Shown in pieces: positions 1-11,919 of a stretch of DNA of 51,282 bases. Under the pieces are notes generated by a model, which worked only from the letters and a program-made list of their open reading frames with translations, had not been told where the DNA came from and made no database searches. The stretch's first letter is position 1, and every line of letters starts with the position of its first letter. Source of the stretch: Catajapyx aquilonaris (Eukaryota); assembly GCA_000934665.2 (NCBI GenBank), contig KZ538724.1, positions 1 to 51,282 of the forward strand, read 5' to 3'. The position numbers and the translations under genes are program-made.

Positions 1-132
1 AGCGCACCCGTTCCTCGTCTATGAACCCCCTCTAGATGGCGTTTCCGGACACGGTTTCCTATGTCAAAAATGTTTGTCTTGGTCCCCTCTATCACCCTTA
101 GAAGTTTGTCGGTTGAATTCATTTACACCCTG
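1..132. mobile_element. Right arm of a Tc1/mariner-type MITE (ends CACCCTG|TA), same family as 46362-46925
   Basis: About 95 nt nearly identical to 46791-46890 (ccgttcc..tctatgaaccccctctagatggcgtttccggacacgg..cctatgtcaaaaat); terminus caccctg followed by TA. Confidence 0.85.
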
Positions 133-368
133 TATATTCAAGGTCTTAAATATTACAATGCACTACTACTATTCAGTTACAACTATCACTAAAACATCAA
201 CAAATGTAATGTACCATAAAGGTGAATAAAAAACAGTCTGTATCCCTTTTTAACTCACATTATTATCAGCTCATACATCTTGAGCCCCAAAAAATTCACC
301 ATACACTTTCTGTAATGGCAAAGTCGTCTTCCAATATCACAACAAGTGAACCAGATGTTCTTTCTCTT

Positions 369-3300
369 TCAACCATCAATCTCTTCATCTCCCAGGCCTG
401 TAATCCATGGTTCCAGTACAGGTACTATTAGTACCTCCTGTCCTTTGTCTTCTATCTCCTTGTCCTCAATCTGAAAATCCTCCTGTACTTTGTCGCCTTT
501 CTCTTTGACATCAATCTGAAAAGTCATGTGTCTCTGGCACAGATCCTGCAAAGGACAAAGAAAAGGTTTTAATATGCAGATCCAAGCAGCTTTAGGAGAG
601 GTAGACTATATCTTCTCACAGTGACATTGAGGCTGTGTTTCAGAGTGTTTCTTTCCTCACTCCCTTCTGGTAGTGGAGGCTTGCTCCTCTTCAACTCCCA
701 CTCCTGCAGTCGTCTGTGAGCTCTTAGGATGGGAATGTTGCTGGTCCTAGCTATATCATCCATATCCCTGTAAGCTTCAAGATACCCAGGCACGAAGCAC
801 TTCTTCCTTTGTTCATATGTGTCCTTCTCCTGGATCAGATCTGATCCTCTCAAAGATTGGAGCACCTTAGACTGACTTTCCTGGATGTACTTAACTCTTT
901 GCTTCTCTAGGAAAGCAGCGCCTGTGAGCAGCATCATATCTGGAGAAACAGGCCGCACTTCCTCTCTCTCCAACTCATTGCGAACCTCCTGCATGGCCTC
1001 GCCTGCTTTCAAAACTAGGAAGTTCTCTATCAGAAGAGCAGTCACAGCATCCTCCTTATCCAAATGTAACTTGCTATGCTCTGTTAAGTAGTGGTACAAT
1101 GAATAAATCTTGGGGCGAAGAGCCCCAGGAAGAGTCAGCAGAGAGGGTCCAGGTTCAATGGCTGCTGGGGTGAAGTTATGGAGAAACACTTCAAGGTTGC
1201 CTGCTAGTGGCAGTTCTGTTTCTGAAATGTAAAAAACATCTCATGTTATTCCACAGAGATATACAGTATACAGAGACATCAACATTTCTAAATACAGATT
1301 AAATCATTTCTGATCAATCTGTCACATCACTCCAAATGAACTCACATGAACTTATGAATCACTAGAAACTGGAAAATAGAGCAGGAATGCAAAGAGGTAC
1401 GGTATGGTGATTAAATTTCTTCCCTTACCCATAACCCATTACAACTCTTCTTGGTTGGTTTGTATTTGTATGCTTTCCTACTAATGCATCCAGAATAATG
1501 ATTTGAAATGGGGGAGGTGTGGTGGCCTTGATGGTAACGTCTCGGCTTGCTGTGTGAAAGGCCCCAGGTTCGATCCCCGCCTGGGGAACTTTCCTTTCAC
1601 CTGCGTCAGGAGGGTCTCTGACCTGCACCAAGGAGGTGTCTGGCAACCTAACCTCCTGGGGAACAGCACATGACCCGTTTTCAGACGTGCACTTGCACCC
1701 ATGTTCCCTCCCCGAAAATCCCCATCCTTACCTCTTGTCCTTTCATCCTTGCACCGGTGTTAGAAGAAAATAATAAGAAAATTTAAGGAAAATGGTGGTA
1801 ATCCACCCCCCTATAAGGGCCCATGGCCCTAGCACGGGGTAACGTAAAAAATAAAAAAATAAATAAAAAATAAAATAAAAATAATGATTTGAAATTCCTT
1901 TCTCTGACCAGAGCCACAAGAATAGATGTGGCTTAAAGAGAGTCCAAAATTACTCAAAAGATACTCATGGTTCCTCAATTGGAACTCTAAGGCTTTGTTG
2001 TACCATGACAGCTGGCGCCAAAAGTGAAGACACAGTAAGTCGCATTTCCTGCCAAAATCAGTTATCGTCACCATCGAATGCTTCTTATCGAGATGCACCT
2101 AATGTACGAGAAATGAGAGAACGCTCTAACGTCATCAAGGTTCCATAGAAATACCCTCACAGAACAATATGAGTAAACAGTGTCAACAAAAAGCAACAAT
2201 GGAAGAAATGATGACTTCAGATCGTTCTACCATTTTCCGTACACTACTGGTATTTTTTTTTGTAGATCTAACTTCAGTCTAAGGGCCAGTTGCACCGGCC
2301 TCAGTATAACTTAGAACCTCGGGTGTAACAAAAATTGCCATAGCAATCATTGTTGGTCAACAATGATTGCTATGGCAATTCTTGTTATACCCGAGGTTCT
2401 AAGTTATACTGAGGCCGGTGCAACTGGCCCTTTAATAGACTCTAAGCTGAGGAAAGGCTGAAACGAAAACACAGTAAGAGCCACCCTGTGCACTTTTGGT
2501 TGTCTTGAGAATTTATTTCCCACAAGTTTGTTTCACTAAACTACTTACTGTGTTTTCGCTTTTGGCAGCAGATCTTCTCAACCATAGGGTTTCTCCTATT
2601 GTTAACTGTCAGCAACACTGAACTGTTAATGACAAGGGCAATAACCCATGTTTGAGGTTATACCTGTAACAGCAGAATTTGATCCTAAGTAAGTAATGAA
2701 AAGTATAGGTTTGTGCTAGACCTTAAAGGCTGAAAACAACAACAACAACATCACCGTCATGACATTTCCCTATAAGGGGTAGTCAGCGATTATGGGAGCT
2801 GCAAGCTAACCCAAAATATGAACTAAATTAAAACTTGTAAATAGAAAAAAACCTACACACAACCCTTCCCGCCCCTCACCCCTGCCCATCTCAGACAACA
2901 AACACTCAATATTAAATTAAAATATAACACTATGCAACGCAGTACTTTGCGAAATCCCCCCCCCCCCCCNNNNNNNNNNNNNNNAGAGGAATCAGCAACT
3001 GTTAAATTCCTCCAATTGACTAGAAAATTATTTTACCGGTTAGTGAGGAACGCCAGTATTTGTTAAATTCCTCCAGTTGCCTATAAAATTTACAGGTTAG
3101 TAAGGAATAACAGTATCCATTAAACTCTTCCAAATGACTAGAATATTAACAGGTTAGTGAGAAGAATCAGCATCTGGAAATTCATACTCGAACTCTAAGT
3201 GCTGTCCAGGACAGAACAGAGAGAGGCAGATACCCTTACAAGCATTACTGTGCAAGAGATATATGCCAACCTGGTAGTTCTCCACATGATGTGCAGAGAA

Positions 3301-3979
3301 TTTTAAGAATAATAATAATTCATACCCCTTTATCAGCCTATCAGCTCTTTAGGGGGGAAGTTTTGTTTTGCCTGGAACTCTTGGCTTTTCATTTTACTGC
3401 GCTTTTTGGGATAGGATAGGGACGGAAGGAAGCGGCTGTGGCCTATTAATTACGGAAACAACTCCGGAATTTTCCTGGAAGGACCGTGGGAAACCACAGA
3501 AAACACGGTCAGAGCTGCCGGCCCCGGGATTTGATCCCAGGACCTGCCGATTAGCAGTCGGACACCATATCCCCTACATCCGCATACACTGTAAGCTTAT
3601 ATAAATGCTGGGGGCTTAATAACATACTTGTTATCCTTCCATCCTTGTCCCTGCTCACACCAAGCAAGGCTTCCTCCTCCCTCCACAGCTGGCAGAGAAC
3701 AGTAGCAATTGACTTCCCATTATTAGAGCTCCTCCATGTCAGCAACTGATCCAATGCAGCAGGGCAGTCTACCATGTCTGCCAGGCATCCCAGAAGGGGG
3801 ACGTGAAGAGGTTGGATGCTCATTGCTAGGATATCCAGCAGCAGGAACAATCCCTCATAAGAGAGGAATCCCTCCAGGCTAGGGAGGCAGCCCACCACAC
3901 AACTCCATGCACACTCCACCACACAGACACCTAACCTGCAAGGCATAATCATATTCTACATGGAAGGAAAGTCATGTCA

Positions 3980-4031
<52 letters not shown>

Positions 4032-7000
4032 TTTAACAAGCAGCTGTAATTCCATTGGCAACTTACCTTTGGAAGGAATGGTTTATTTTATTTTATTTCA
4101 TTTTTTATTTAGAGTACCCTTTTATGGGATCTTCAGGGGAACCTCTGCCCCTATTTACATTTGAATCAGAACCATAACCAATAATTTTACATTTTTTTTT
4201 TTAAAGAAATTTGAGGAAAGGTTTTGTATATTAATCACTAAGAAGGTGATCGCTAGGGGTAAATGACCTTTAAAGTAAGATTCTGTGCCTTGTATCAGGC
4301 ATATTTCAGCATAACTCCGGTATAGCTTCTGGAATTTTCCAAATCCGCCATGTCTCGCTGCTTCAAAGTCGCCAGGATTTGTGGGAGAACAATCGAAATA
4401 TCAACTTTTTCTGCTGGGAGGCAGGGTACATTCAGATCTGCCAATAGTTTATCAAATTGAAAGACCCAACTGTAAGCTGCCTTCGACTCAGACTAAGTTT
4501 CCCGGCTTGCGTATGCCACTGCTAGACCTGTCAAGGACTCAGGTGATTTGTCAAATAACTTGTTACGGAATTTAATCGTCTGGCAAATTAGGCAATATGC
4601 CAGAGGGGGCAAATTTAATTCAATTCTTAAGAAGAAACCTGCCGTAGATCTTGGCAGCAAAAAATACTTTTTAAAGCATTTTGAATCGTTTCCAGTTCAT
4701 AGACATATCATAAACCCGAAATCGGAAGACCATATTACAAAATTGGCACTATCTTCGAATAGAATAACTTCATTGCTATCCCGTAATCCCGGACCTGAAG
4801 GCGAATCAAAAGGGGCCATGAGGAATTGATTGCCGCCATTGCTTTTGCTTTACTCCTTATTTGGAAGGTAAGGTATTTATGTAGTAAACTGGCATGTGCA
4901 GCGCCTATGAGGTTGTGAGGCATAAGAGGTCAACTCAGAACACTAAGGCCCATGTATTGAAAAATTTAATGTATTGTTTGGAATAACCTGTCACACACTT
5001 TTCAGAAATGTGCAATGATTTTTGGAGTGTAAAACACACGTAGTTATGAAAACTCTGTTTGTAACTCACTTTGCCCACAAGAGTGTCTCTTGATTGTGTG
5101 GGCTGATGAGGTGCTTGAGCTGCTTGATCAACAACTCCAGTCCTCCCTCAGTACCAAAAGCCCCCTTCAGAGTGGCATCCTGCTCACCAAAAGAACATAG
5201 CAGAAGGAACCCAGAGTAGAGCTGCTTGAGATCCAATATATCCAACTCTTCATGGTCAAGCACTTGGTCCATGAGTTTCATGAGAGCGGGGACTACTCTG
5301 TGCTCAGTCATGTCAAAAGCAATGTCTGAGTTGTGGGTGGATGAAGCTGAGTAAAGTGCCTCCATACAATTCCACACCATCTCCTTCCCAAAAAAGGATG
5401 GGTGTTTCAGGATGGACACCAAACTATTTGGATTAATGAGGCAATAATCAGCCACATTGGAGAGAAAAGAGCTATAAGGGTATTTTCCAACCATTTGCTA
5501 CACATCACGACATAAAATTTTCCTGACAATTTTCCTCCGTCTTGTTCCATTTACCATTTGAATTTGTATCCAAGAATAACATGTGAGTAGAAAGTAGTAG
5601 GTAAGTAAAGTCAATTATTGCATAATTTGGAATTAAATTACTCAGAGCCTCATCAAGCTCACATGGTTCAGAAACCAGACCAGAAACAATCAGGCAATCA
5701 AATACACGTACTTCTTAGTCCCATGATGTTTGAGATACTCATTGGGCATTTGTGAAATAATTGTTATAAGTGAGTAGATCCCAATCCTCTGCAAGTAGGC
5801 CCTCTGCGAGGATGTCCATGACAGACTTAGAAAGTGCTTGCGTCTTAAAGGTATCCTCCACAACTTTTTCTGGCAGACATCCCTCATTGCAGCACTCTCT
5901 TTGCACCTTTTTATCCTATCACTGTGCCTCTGCCACTCTGGCCTGCTTCCCTCTATTGCACCACTCCCATCACTTGGCACGTCTGTCACCAGAGCAAGGA
6001 TGGAGTCCATCATGCAGCTATTCTCCCAAACCTTGATCCCAATAGAGCCCATTGGAATAAGGGCCTCTAGTATGTTCAGCACTATGGCTATCAGCTCCAA
6101 GTTTCTGTTGCTAGGATGTGACCTGGCAATTATATCCAGGTTCTGGGTGGTGGCAGGTGCGTGGGCTGCAGTTTTCATTATCCCTGGGCGGGGCTTGAAC
6201 GAAGTGGTCAACATGTAAGTGCTGTTGTATGCAGTCAAGAGGTCCCCAGCAAACAAATATGCCAACTCTGAAATAGACAAAAAAAATGGTGTCAATTACT
6301 ATATCATTGAAAAGTTATGAGGAAACATTGTCACTTCTAGAGCATGTGTTAATCTTATGTACACATACATTACTCTAACTAAGGGAGGCGAAGTGGTGCT
6401 TCGGTAAGGTAAAACTGCTGGAAGGCTAACGTTACACCCTCCCCCGGAGATATGGTGCGCCGAATAGGTACCCCAAGCCGCAGGCCTAGAGAAGAGCAAG
6501 CGAAGCGAGTGGTTTTCTAGGCCTGTGTCCTAGGAAAATGCGAGCGGAGCAAGGGTTTTCCTGGTATTGTTTAAACTAACCATGTGCTAAGCCAACATGT
6601 ATGAGTTGAAGCTGTGGGAACACCTGCACCAGGAGCAAGATGATAGCGGCCAAGTCATTGCGCCTCTCTTCATCAGATTCCTTGCAACCCTTCCGGAGAA
6701 AGTACATGAAGCAGTAGGCCAAGGTGCTGTAGAAAAACATGGCAGGGTTAACGGGAGATGCAGAAGGGAGCCATGGGACTTGGAAAGGTATTATTTGGAT
6801 ACCTGAGAGACCTTGCAGATGGATTTAGTTTGGTGGAGTCAATGGATTCCAGAGTCTTAGTAGCAGTCAACAGGGTGAACAAAATATGAATTGCTGGCTC
6901 CACCAAGTCACCTTCAGGGTCAATCAAACAGTGCAACAAAAACTCCACAGCACCTTCTTTGACCAGTTTTTGAGCTGGGGAGTAAGAAATAAAAGAATTC

Positions 7001-10000
7001 CACATATTTGACAACTGTCAGCATTGCAAATAATTTAACATACAGGTATCAAATATAGTTGCCAATTGAGGTACTCAGGCGTAAACCTTGGTATATACCA
7101 CAAGATGAAGCTATTTCAGACACAATGAGGAAAATGTTTTTCACTAGCTGTGGTTATAAAGCAACCAACCACTTGGTAGACTGCGTGAGTTGTTATTTTG
7201 AGTCACAAAAATTAGTAATAACTGGTTACCTGGTGATTGGCTTGTGACTCCCTAGACAGAGGGGTTCCTCTTTTGACTAATAGTGGTATACAATATTGCT
7301 CTGTTGTTAATTTTGTTGGTGGAGGAAATAGGAGAACTCTTAGAAAACCCATGTTAAAATAGAGAGAACCTATAATGAAACTTGTTCATGAGAAATTTCC
7401 TCTGTCCGATCTGGGAGGTCCAACTCAGGGTCTCCAAGGTGATCCAAGGTGGTCCATGGCTGCTGTACCAACTCTTACTTTGGGTTCATTTGGAAGAGGA
7501 GAAAATGCCATGTCCAGCTTTACATCCCTATTCCTTTCTATCAGTGGCAAATTGAGTTATAGTAATGGCTGATCACTCCAGAAGGGACTGTAAATTTTCC
7601 ATACGTCACTAAAAAAGGCATGAAGACTGTCATATACTGCACCAATATTTTGTTTCTCTGGGAAGCACCTAGTACATGCAAAAAATACTTAGAAGAAGGG
7701 GTCCACATTTCGACCATGCACCTAATTCCGACCACCATGCTATATCCATGGTAACGCATTGCAAATTGCCGGTGACAGTGGTAAAATGTCACAAAGACGT
7801 AATTGGTGAGCTGGCAGCACTGATGCGAACATCCGCGCATTGTGGAACCTTTGACACCAGTTTGTTCTTAAGCGCATGGTGGACTGCAGCGCATGCTATT
7901 ATTCGCTATCATTTCCCAGCAATTAACCTATGCTATTCAATAATTTATTTTAGCCTATGATGTTGCTTACACTGTTTATTTGCATGTTTTAAAGTATTGA
8001 CATCATGCTGCAACTTGTCGATGTGAACCAGCAGCCCCAGTAGAAAGTTGTCCTGTTCCTAATTTCGACCACCTAGGCATTCCTAATTTCACGAATAACG
8101 TACTATCATGCTCATTTTGACAGTTCCATTTATTTCGCGGAAACTCAAGAAAGAAATCACAGAAAACGTTTGTATGATTGTATTGATCAAGTCATTATTC
8201 AACAGCATAATTTATTTATTTTACAAATAGGGAAAACTTTTCATTTTCATCATGCATATAAACCAGTTTTCATTGTATTGCTATTAATCAAGCATTTTAA
8301 AGCATTCACAAATTTAGAAATGTTCTTTTACACCTTTTCTCCCATTAAAACGCAGGGGTCAAAATTATGAACATTTTTTTAAAACTGAAATAATGGGTGT
8401 TTTCACTTTTTCAATTTTGTGCCCTTTCCAATAACTTTTGTTAAAATTTTCATTGCGGAATCTAGTAGGTAAATGTTCAATGTATTAACATTAATTTTCC
8501 TTACATTGCTGCGTTCACCCATTTTCTAAGAGGAAGAAAACAACGTAAGGGTTTCAAAATTTGGGCCCCTTACCCTACACAAATTTACCTAAAAGCATTA
8601 GCCTACATATTTTCAGATGGATAGAGAGATCTACCTTGTCTGATGAATAATTCTTTGGCACCAGTGTCCACAGACCATTATGATTAGTTTTAGGCAGACT
8701 TTTCCAACCTTTGTCTGATGTGATAGGCACAAGACGCATCAGAGCCCTAGGAATGCAGTTCTTTGTGCTTCTCATTAGGTCTCTGACGTCACCCACACCC
8801 ATCACCTCATGATGGTTACGTTGCTTCCAGGTCAAGACTGACAGAAAGTGAAAACTAAGTGGAGGTCAAGCGAAAATATCTGGTTTAAAAAAATTTGCAT
8901 TTATTCAGAAATGAACATTTCAATATTCAGAATGTTTCCTTTAACCTACTTAGAATCCTACATAACATATCTGAATGTTGGTGCCTCCTTAAAAATTGTT
9001 ACATCATGCACAAGCACATTGCACTTTTGACATACCTGTAATATTACCAGTCAATCATATTTTTTACCATATTACGCACCTCTCAAAATTACGGATGATC
9101 CTTCCAATCTATTATTTGCATTAATATTTTAATAACTTACAACTGCTTAAAAATAAGCCCTCTAGTTATTGTTAACTATTAGGGACATTTAAATATGATT
9201 AGTGTCTGATATAGCTGCATCTTACACTAATATTGACAAGTTCACAATATTGAGTTGAGCATGAACTGATTAAATTAATTGGATCATATCATGAGCTCAG
9301 GCAAAGATATATCACATGAAGTGGCGGAGATATCACTTATGCTGCAAATGTTAAGTATCATCGCCAGGATATAAAATGTGTACATTCAATTATTCTATGT
9401 TCTTGAAATCCGTCTAATTGGAAAGTTTGACGATTTACAGTTTTACACCCAAGAATTTAAAAAGTTCTACTGCACTGCTGTCACTGGATGTCTAGGTGAT
9501 TATCATCCAATATCAAGGCCTTAATGACCAACTAGCAACTTTTAAAAATTTGATTACATTAACAGTTTAATTTGTACAAATTACATATTTCGGGTGTCAA
9601 TAGAGATTTAATTATTTCACTTTGAATCAGGCAGTCTTTCACTCACCAATGATGGTTGATTTGGACACAATAATCCTCAACAGCTTCATCATCTCTTCAA
9701 TTATGTCAAAGGTCTCTGCCAGCTTCATGACCTGCAGCACAATTGATGGAAGTTCGCTCTCCTCAAGGCACTTTGTCATCATTTTCAATGGTGCAGGCAG
9801 CCAGCTCCCATCAGGACTCACTTTCCTGACTGAGTTATTCAAGTCAAGAATGCTTGTTATGGCACAGTAGACAGTAATGTGCACCTCGTAGTGCTCCGAC
9901 ACCAAGTAGCTTCCCATAATTGAAAGGAGGTCCCGAAAGGCATAGTCATACTTCAGTTCATCTGAACGTAACTTCATGCAGAGTGGACAGCTCAATTGAT

Positions 10001-10427
10001 CTATAATGCTTAGAAGCATGAACAAGTATCGAGTGTCTTCATTTACCCTTGCCTCGACGTGAGACATGACGCAAAAAAGATATGGCAACTCTCGTAGGGG
10101 AATTCCATCCTTCTTGATGCAAGCGAGATACAATTCAAGCAACCGCCCATGACGATCCACCATGTCCATTGACCATGGATCTCTCATGAGCTGGCACAAC
10201 TGTCGCAGGTAGGCCACACTAGTCTTGTTCAAATCAGATGGGTCCAAATGCATCTCACTTTTATTCTCTTCTGTTTCACTCATATCATCCTTCCGCTCCA
10301 ACACCTCATCATCATCTTCAACCAGCTCATCTGCCTTACCTTCAGAAACATCCTCAGGAGGCTCCACTTTGAGCAGGCTCAACTCATCCTCCAATTCACT
10401 CACAGTGCAGGAACATCGCAGGGACAT
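369..10427 (-). CDS. CFAP69: Cilia- and flagella-associated protein 69 (ARM-repeat, ~1047 aa). Exons 10427-9647, 6974-6803, 6726-6581, 6267-5712, 5471-5070, 3935-3628, 1221-620, 545-369
   Basis: Exon peptides match remembered CFAP69 motifs: 'CAWSCVVGC...FLSYEGLFLLLDIL...LWREEEALLGVSRDKDGRI', 'RRNDLAAII' and 'LRPKIYSL...EDAVT...FLVLKAGEAMQEV...LEREEVRPVSPD'. All junctions are GT-AG and phases join into one frame (3144 nt). The 5471 acceptor and the last intron (619-546) are the least certain; without that last intron the CDS stops at 569. Confidence 0.88.
1510..1879 (+). mobile_element. tRNA-derived SINE with A-rich tail and 16-bp TSD
   Basis: A box TGGCCTTGATGG, B box GGTTCGATCCC, (A)nT tail at 1846-1879, and TSD AATAATGATTTGAAAT at 1494-1509 and 1880-1895. 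Confidence 0.9.
2101..2245. mobile_element. Decayed ~140-bp MITE, inverted copy of 45508-45648
   Basis: Core 'acgtcatcaagg..ccctcacagaacaat..gagtaaacagtgtcaacaaaaagc.acaatg.aagaaa.gatgac' is the reverse complement of the ELYS-intron copy. Confidence 0.7.
2283..2430. mobile_element. Near-perfect 148-bp palindromic MITE (GGGCC termini, PIF/Harbinger-like)
   Basis: Arms GGGCCAGTTGCACCGGCCTCAGTATAACTTAGAACCTCGGG...CCCGAGGTTCTAAGTTATACTGAGGCCGGTGCAACTGGCCC with a 2-nt spacer; flanked by TAA on the left and TTT on the right. Confidence 0.85.
2970..2984. other. Assembly gap (15 N) after a poly-C run
   Basis: The N run is visible in the sequence. Confidence 0.99.
2985..3183. repeat. Minisatellite with ~57-59 bp unit, about 3.5 copies
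   Basis: Repeated 'gaggaa..cag.a.tgttaaattcctcca.ttg.cta.aaaatt..ac.ggttagt' starting at ~2986, 3045, 3101 and 3159. Confidence 0.8.
3400..3582 (-). mobile_element. tRNA-derived SINE fragment of the widespread insect 'ggaaggaagcgg..gtggcct..tttcctgga..ggaaaccac' type
   Basis: Minus-strand B-box-like GGGATCAAATCCC in a tRNA-like head; the body resembles SINEs remembered from polyneopteran insect genomes. Confidence 0.6.
3982..4023. repeat. (CT)n microsatellite
   Basis: About 21 perfect TC units. Confidence 0.95.
6378..6565 (+). mobile_element. Helitron-like fragment with two tandem 3' hairpins
   Basis: Hairpins caggcctag..gcgaagcgag..ctaggcctg (6481-6525) and aggaaaa..gcgagcggagc..ttttcct ending CTGG|T. 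GCGAAGC-loop hairpins before CTRR are typical of insect Helitron 3' ends. Confidence 0.45.
7691..8575. mobile_element. Decayed pogo/Tc1-like non-autonomous element
   Basis: Left end 'aaggggtccacatttcgacc' versus right-end reverse complement 'gggtaaggggcccaaattttgaaac', with TA after the right end. Internal repeats 'cctaatttcgaccacc' at ~7721 and ~8058. Confidence 0.45.
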
Positions 10428-10955
10428 GGTTCAAACCTGTCATAAAAAGTTTTACTAATGAGGAAATAAAGAAAAATTATATTACTACAGTCATGGCTAA
10501 TATTTATTACATTAAAAGGGGAAAAAAAATGAGATCATTCATGTTCAATACATGAAATACTGCACCAGGATTCAGTCATCTCCGTAACACTCAGTACAAC
10601 ACAAAAAGGGGAAGAAAAGAAAAAGGTTCAAAAACCTGCTGGACACCTCAGTATAAAACTTGTGTAGTTAAATGTTGTCTCCTTGAAACAGATCACAACA
10701 TAACAATTCAGAGGGGGGGAAAAAAGCTGTTAAGAGAGACATATCAGTAATGCAACTTGGGAATATCAATGTCTGCATCTAGATTCACTCCCTGCATGTC
10801 AGATTTTTTTCTCCTGCGACACCACCTTCAAATCAACTTGTCACTTTTAAACCTATGCTAAAACTCTTGGTCCTGAATTTTATGGGGGGATTATGCATGA
10901 GGACTTGTTACAAAGTGGCACTTCATTTGAAATGTAGCACAACAGCAGTCTTTCT

Positions 10956-11696
10956 TTACTTAAGTTGATTGGTGTACTCGTCAAGTTCAGCATCTAACTC
11001 TTCGGCAGTAGGAACACGCCGGGTCTGGCCACCTCGAGCACCACGTCCACCTCGTCGTCCACGTCCCCATCCACCACTCATGCCTCGACGCGGCCAAAAT
11101 CCACGCCCACGTCCACCACCACCACCACTGGTGCCTCCACCTGCAGCTCCAAGATACATAGGGGCATGCATGGGGGCCACTGGGACTTCAGACGTTGCCA
11201 GCTGGATCTTCATAGGGCGACCATCCAACGGCACACCCGTGTACTGCTTCATGGCCTTCACCGCATCAGCCTGCCTCTCAAACGTCACATCAGCAGTGCC
11301 CAGGGACCGCCCGGACCGATCATAGTGCACGGCAGCGGAACGAAGCGGTCCAACCTCAGCAAACAGCTCCTGTATATCGAAGTCGGACACCCCAAAGTCC
11401 AAGTTGGACACCATGAGCTTGCTGGAAGCCAGCAGACCCTGGACACCCGGCTTGCTGCCAAAGTCGTTGAACTTGCCTCGCTGCCAGGGCCGGTTGTTGT
11501 AGCCCCTCATGTACGGGGCCACCCTGCCAACTGCGCCTCCCCTCCTCAGGGTGCGGACGGGCCCAAACCCATCGCCCCTGCCTCCACGGCCGCCTCTTCC
11601 TCTCCAGGACCCCCTGGTACCTCCGCGTCGTCCCCCACGCCGGGTACGGTTCTGCTGGATGATGGCGTCCAGGCTCAAGTCGAGGTGGCTCACCAT
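10956..11696 (-). CDS. ALYREF: THO complex subunit 4 / Aly-REF export factor-like, single exon, 246 aa (probable retrocopy)
   Basis: N-terminal UBM 'LDLSLDAII', RGG region, RRM '[20 protein letters not shown]...[19 protein letters not shown]...[14 protein letters not shown]', second RGG region and C-terminal UBM '[13 protein letters not shown]'. The ORF is uninterrupted. Confidence 0.95.
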   Translation of the reverse strand: MVSHLDLSLDAIIQQNRTRRGGRRGGTRGSWRGRGGRGGRGDGFGPVRTLRRGGAVGRVAPYMRGYNNRPWQRGKFNDFGSKPGVQGLLASSKLMVSNLDFGVSDFDIQELFAEVGPLRSAAVHYDRSGRSLGTADVTFERQADAVKAMKQYTGVPLDGRPMKIQLATSEVPVAPMHAPMYLGAAGGGTSGGGGGRGRGFWPRRGMSGGWGRGRRGGRGARGGQTRRVPTAEELDAELDEYTNQLK

Positions 11697-11895
11697 GATT
11701 CTGCTGCCTCTGCTCCAAACGGCCGGACTCGAACGTCAAGTCAGGGGTCGGGTTGTGGGTAACGTCGATGGGGTCGGGGATGGGGGCTGGGAGAAGGCGG
11801 ACAGCAATGCAGGGAAAGAGCGTCCCGTGGTTTCCTCGCAGAGTTTCAGTCAGGTTTCAGTGGCAACAAACGCCTCGGGACAACTCAGCTGATGG

Positions 11896-11919
11896 GCGCA
11901 TGCGCATTTTGCATGCGCC
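11896..11919. promoter_or_regulatory. NRF1/Ewg-type GCGCATGCGC sites upstream of the ALYREF-like gene
   Basis: GCGCATGCGC at 11896-11905 and GCATGCGC at 11911-11918, about 200 nt upstream of the ATG. Confidence 0.5.

Noticed and set aside
1510..1590. tRNA-like sequences here and at ~28097-28175
   Set aside because: No complete cloverleaf or terminator; both are SINE heads inside TSD-flanked insertions.
2985..3183. Regularly spaced repeats considered as a CRISPR-like array
   Set aside because: Eukaryotic intron; units are contiguous and degenerate, with no unique spacers or cas genes.
8633..8837. Open minus-strand stretch with AG/GT ends inside the first CFAP69 coding intron
   Set aside because: Inclusion would shift phase (1 to 0), and the flanking exons already join as contiguous CFAP69 sequence.
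10969..11892. Several 118-198 aa ORFs overlapping ALYREF on the opposite strand or in other frames
   Set aside because: By-products of GC-rich Gly/Arg codons; no recognisable domains.
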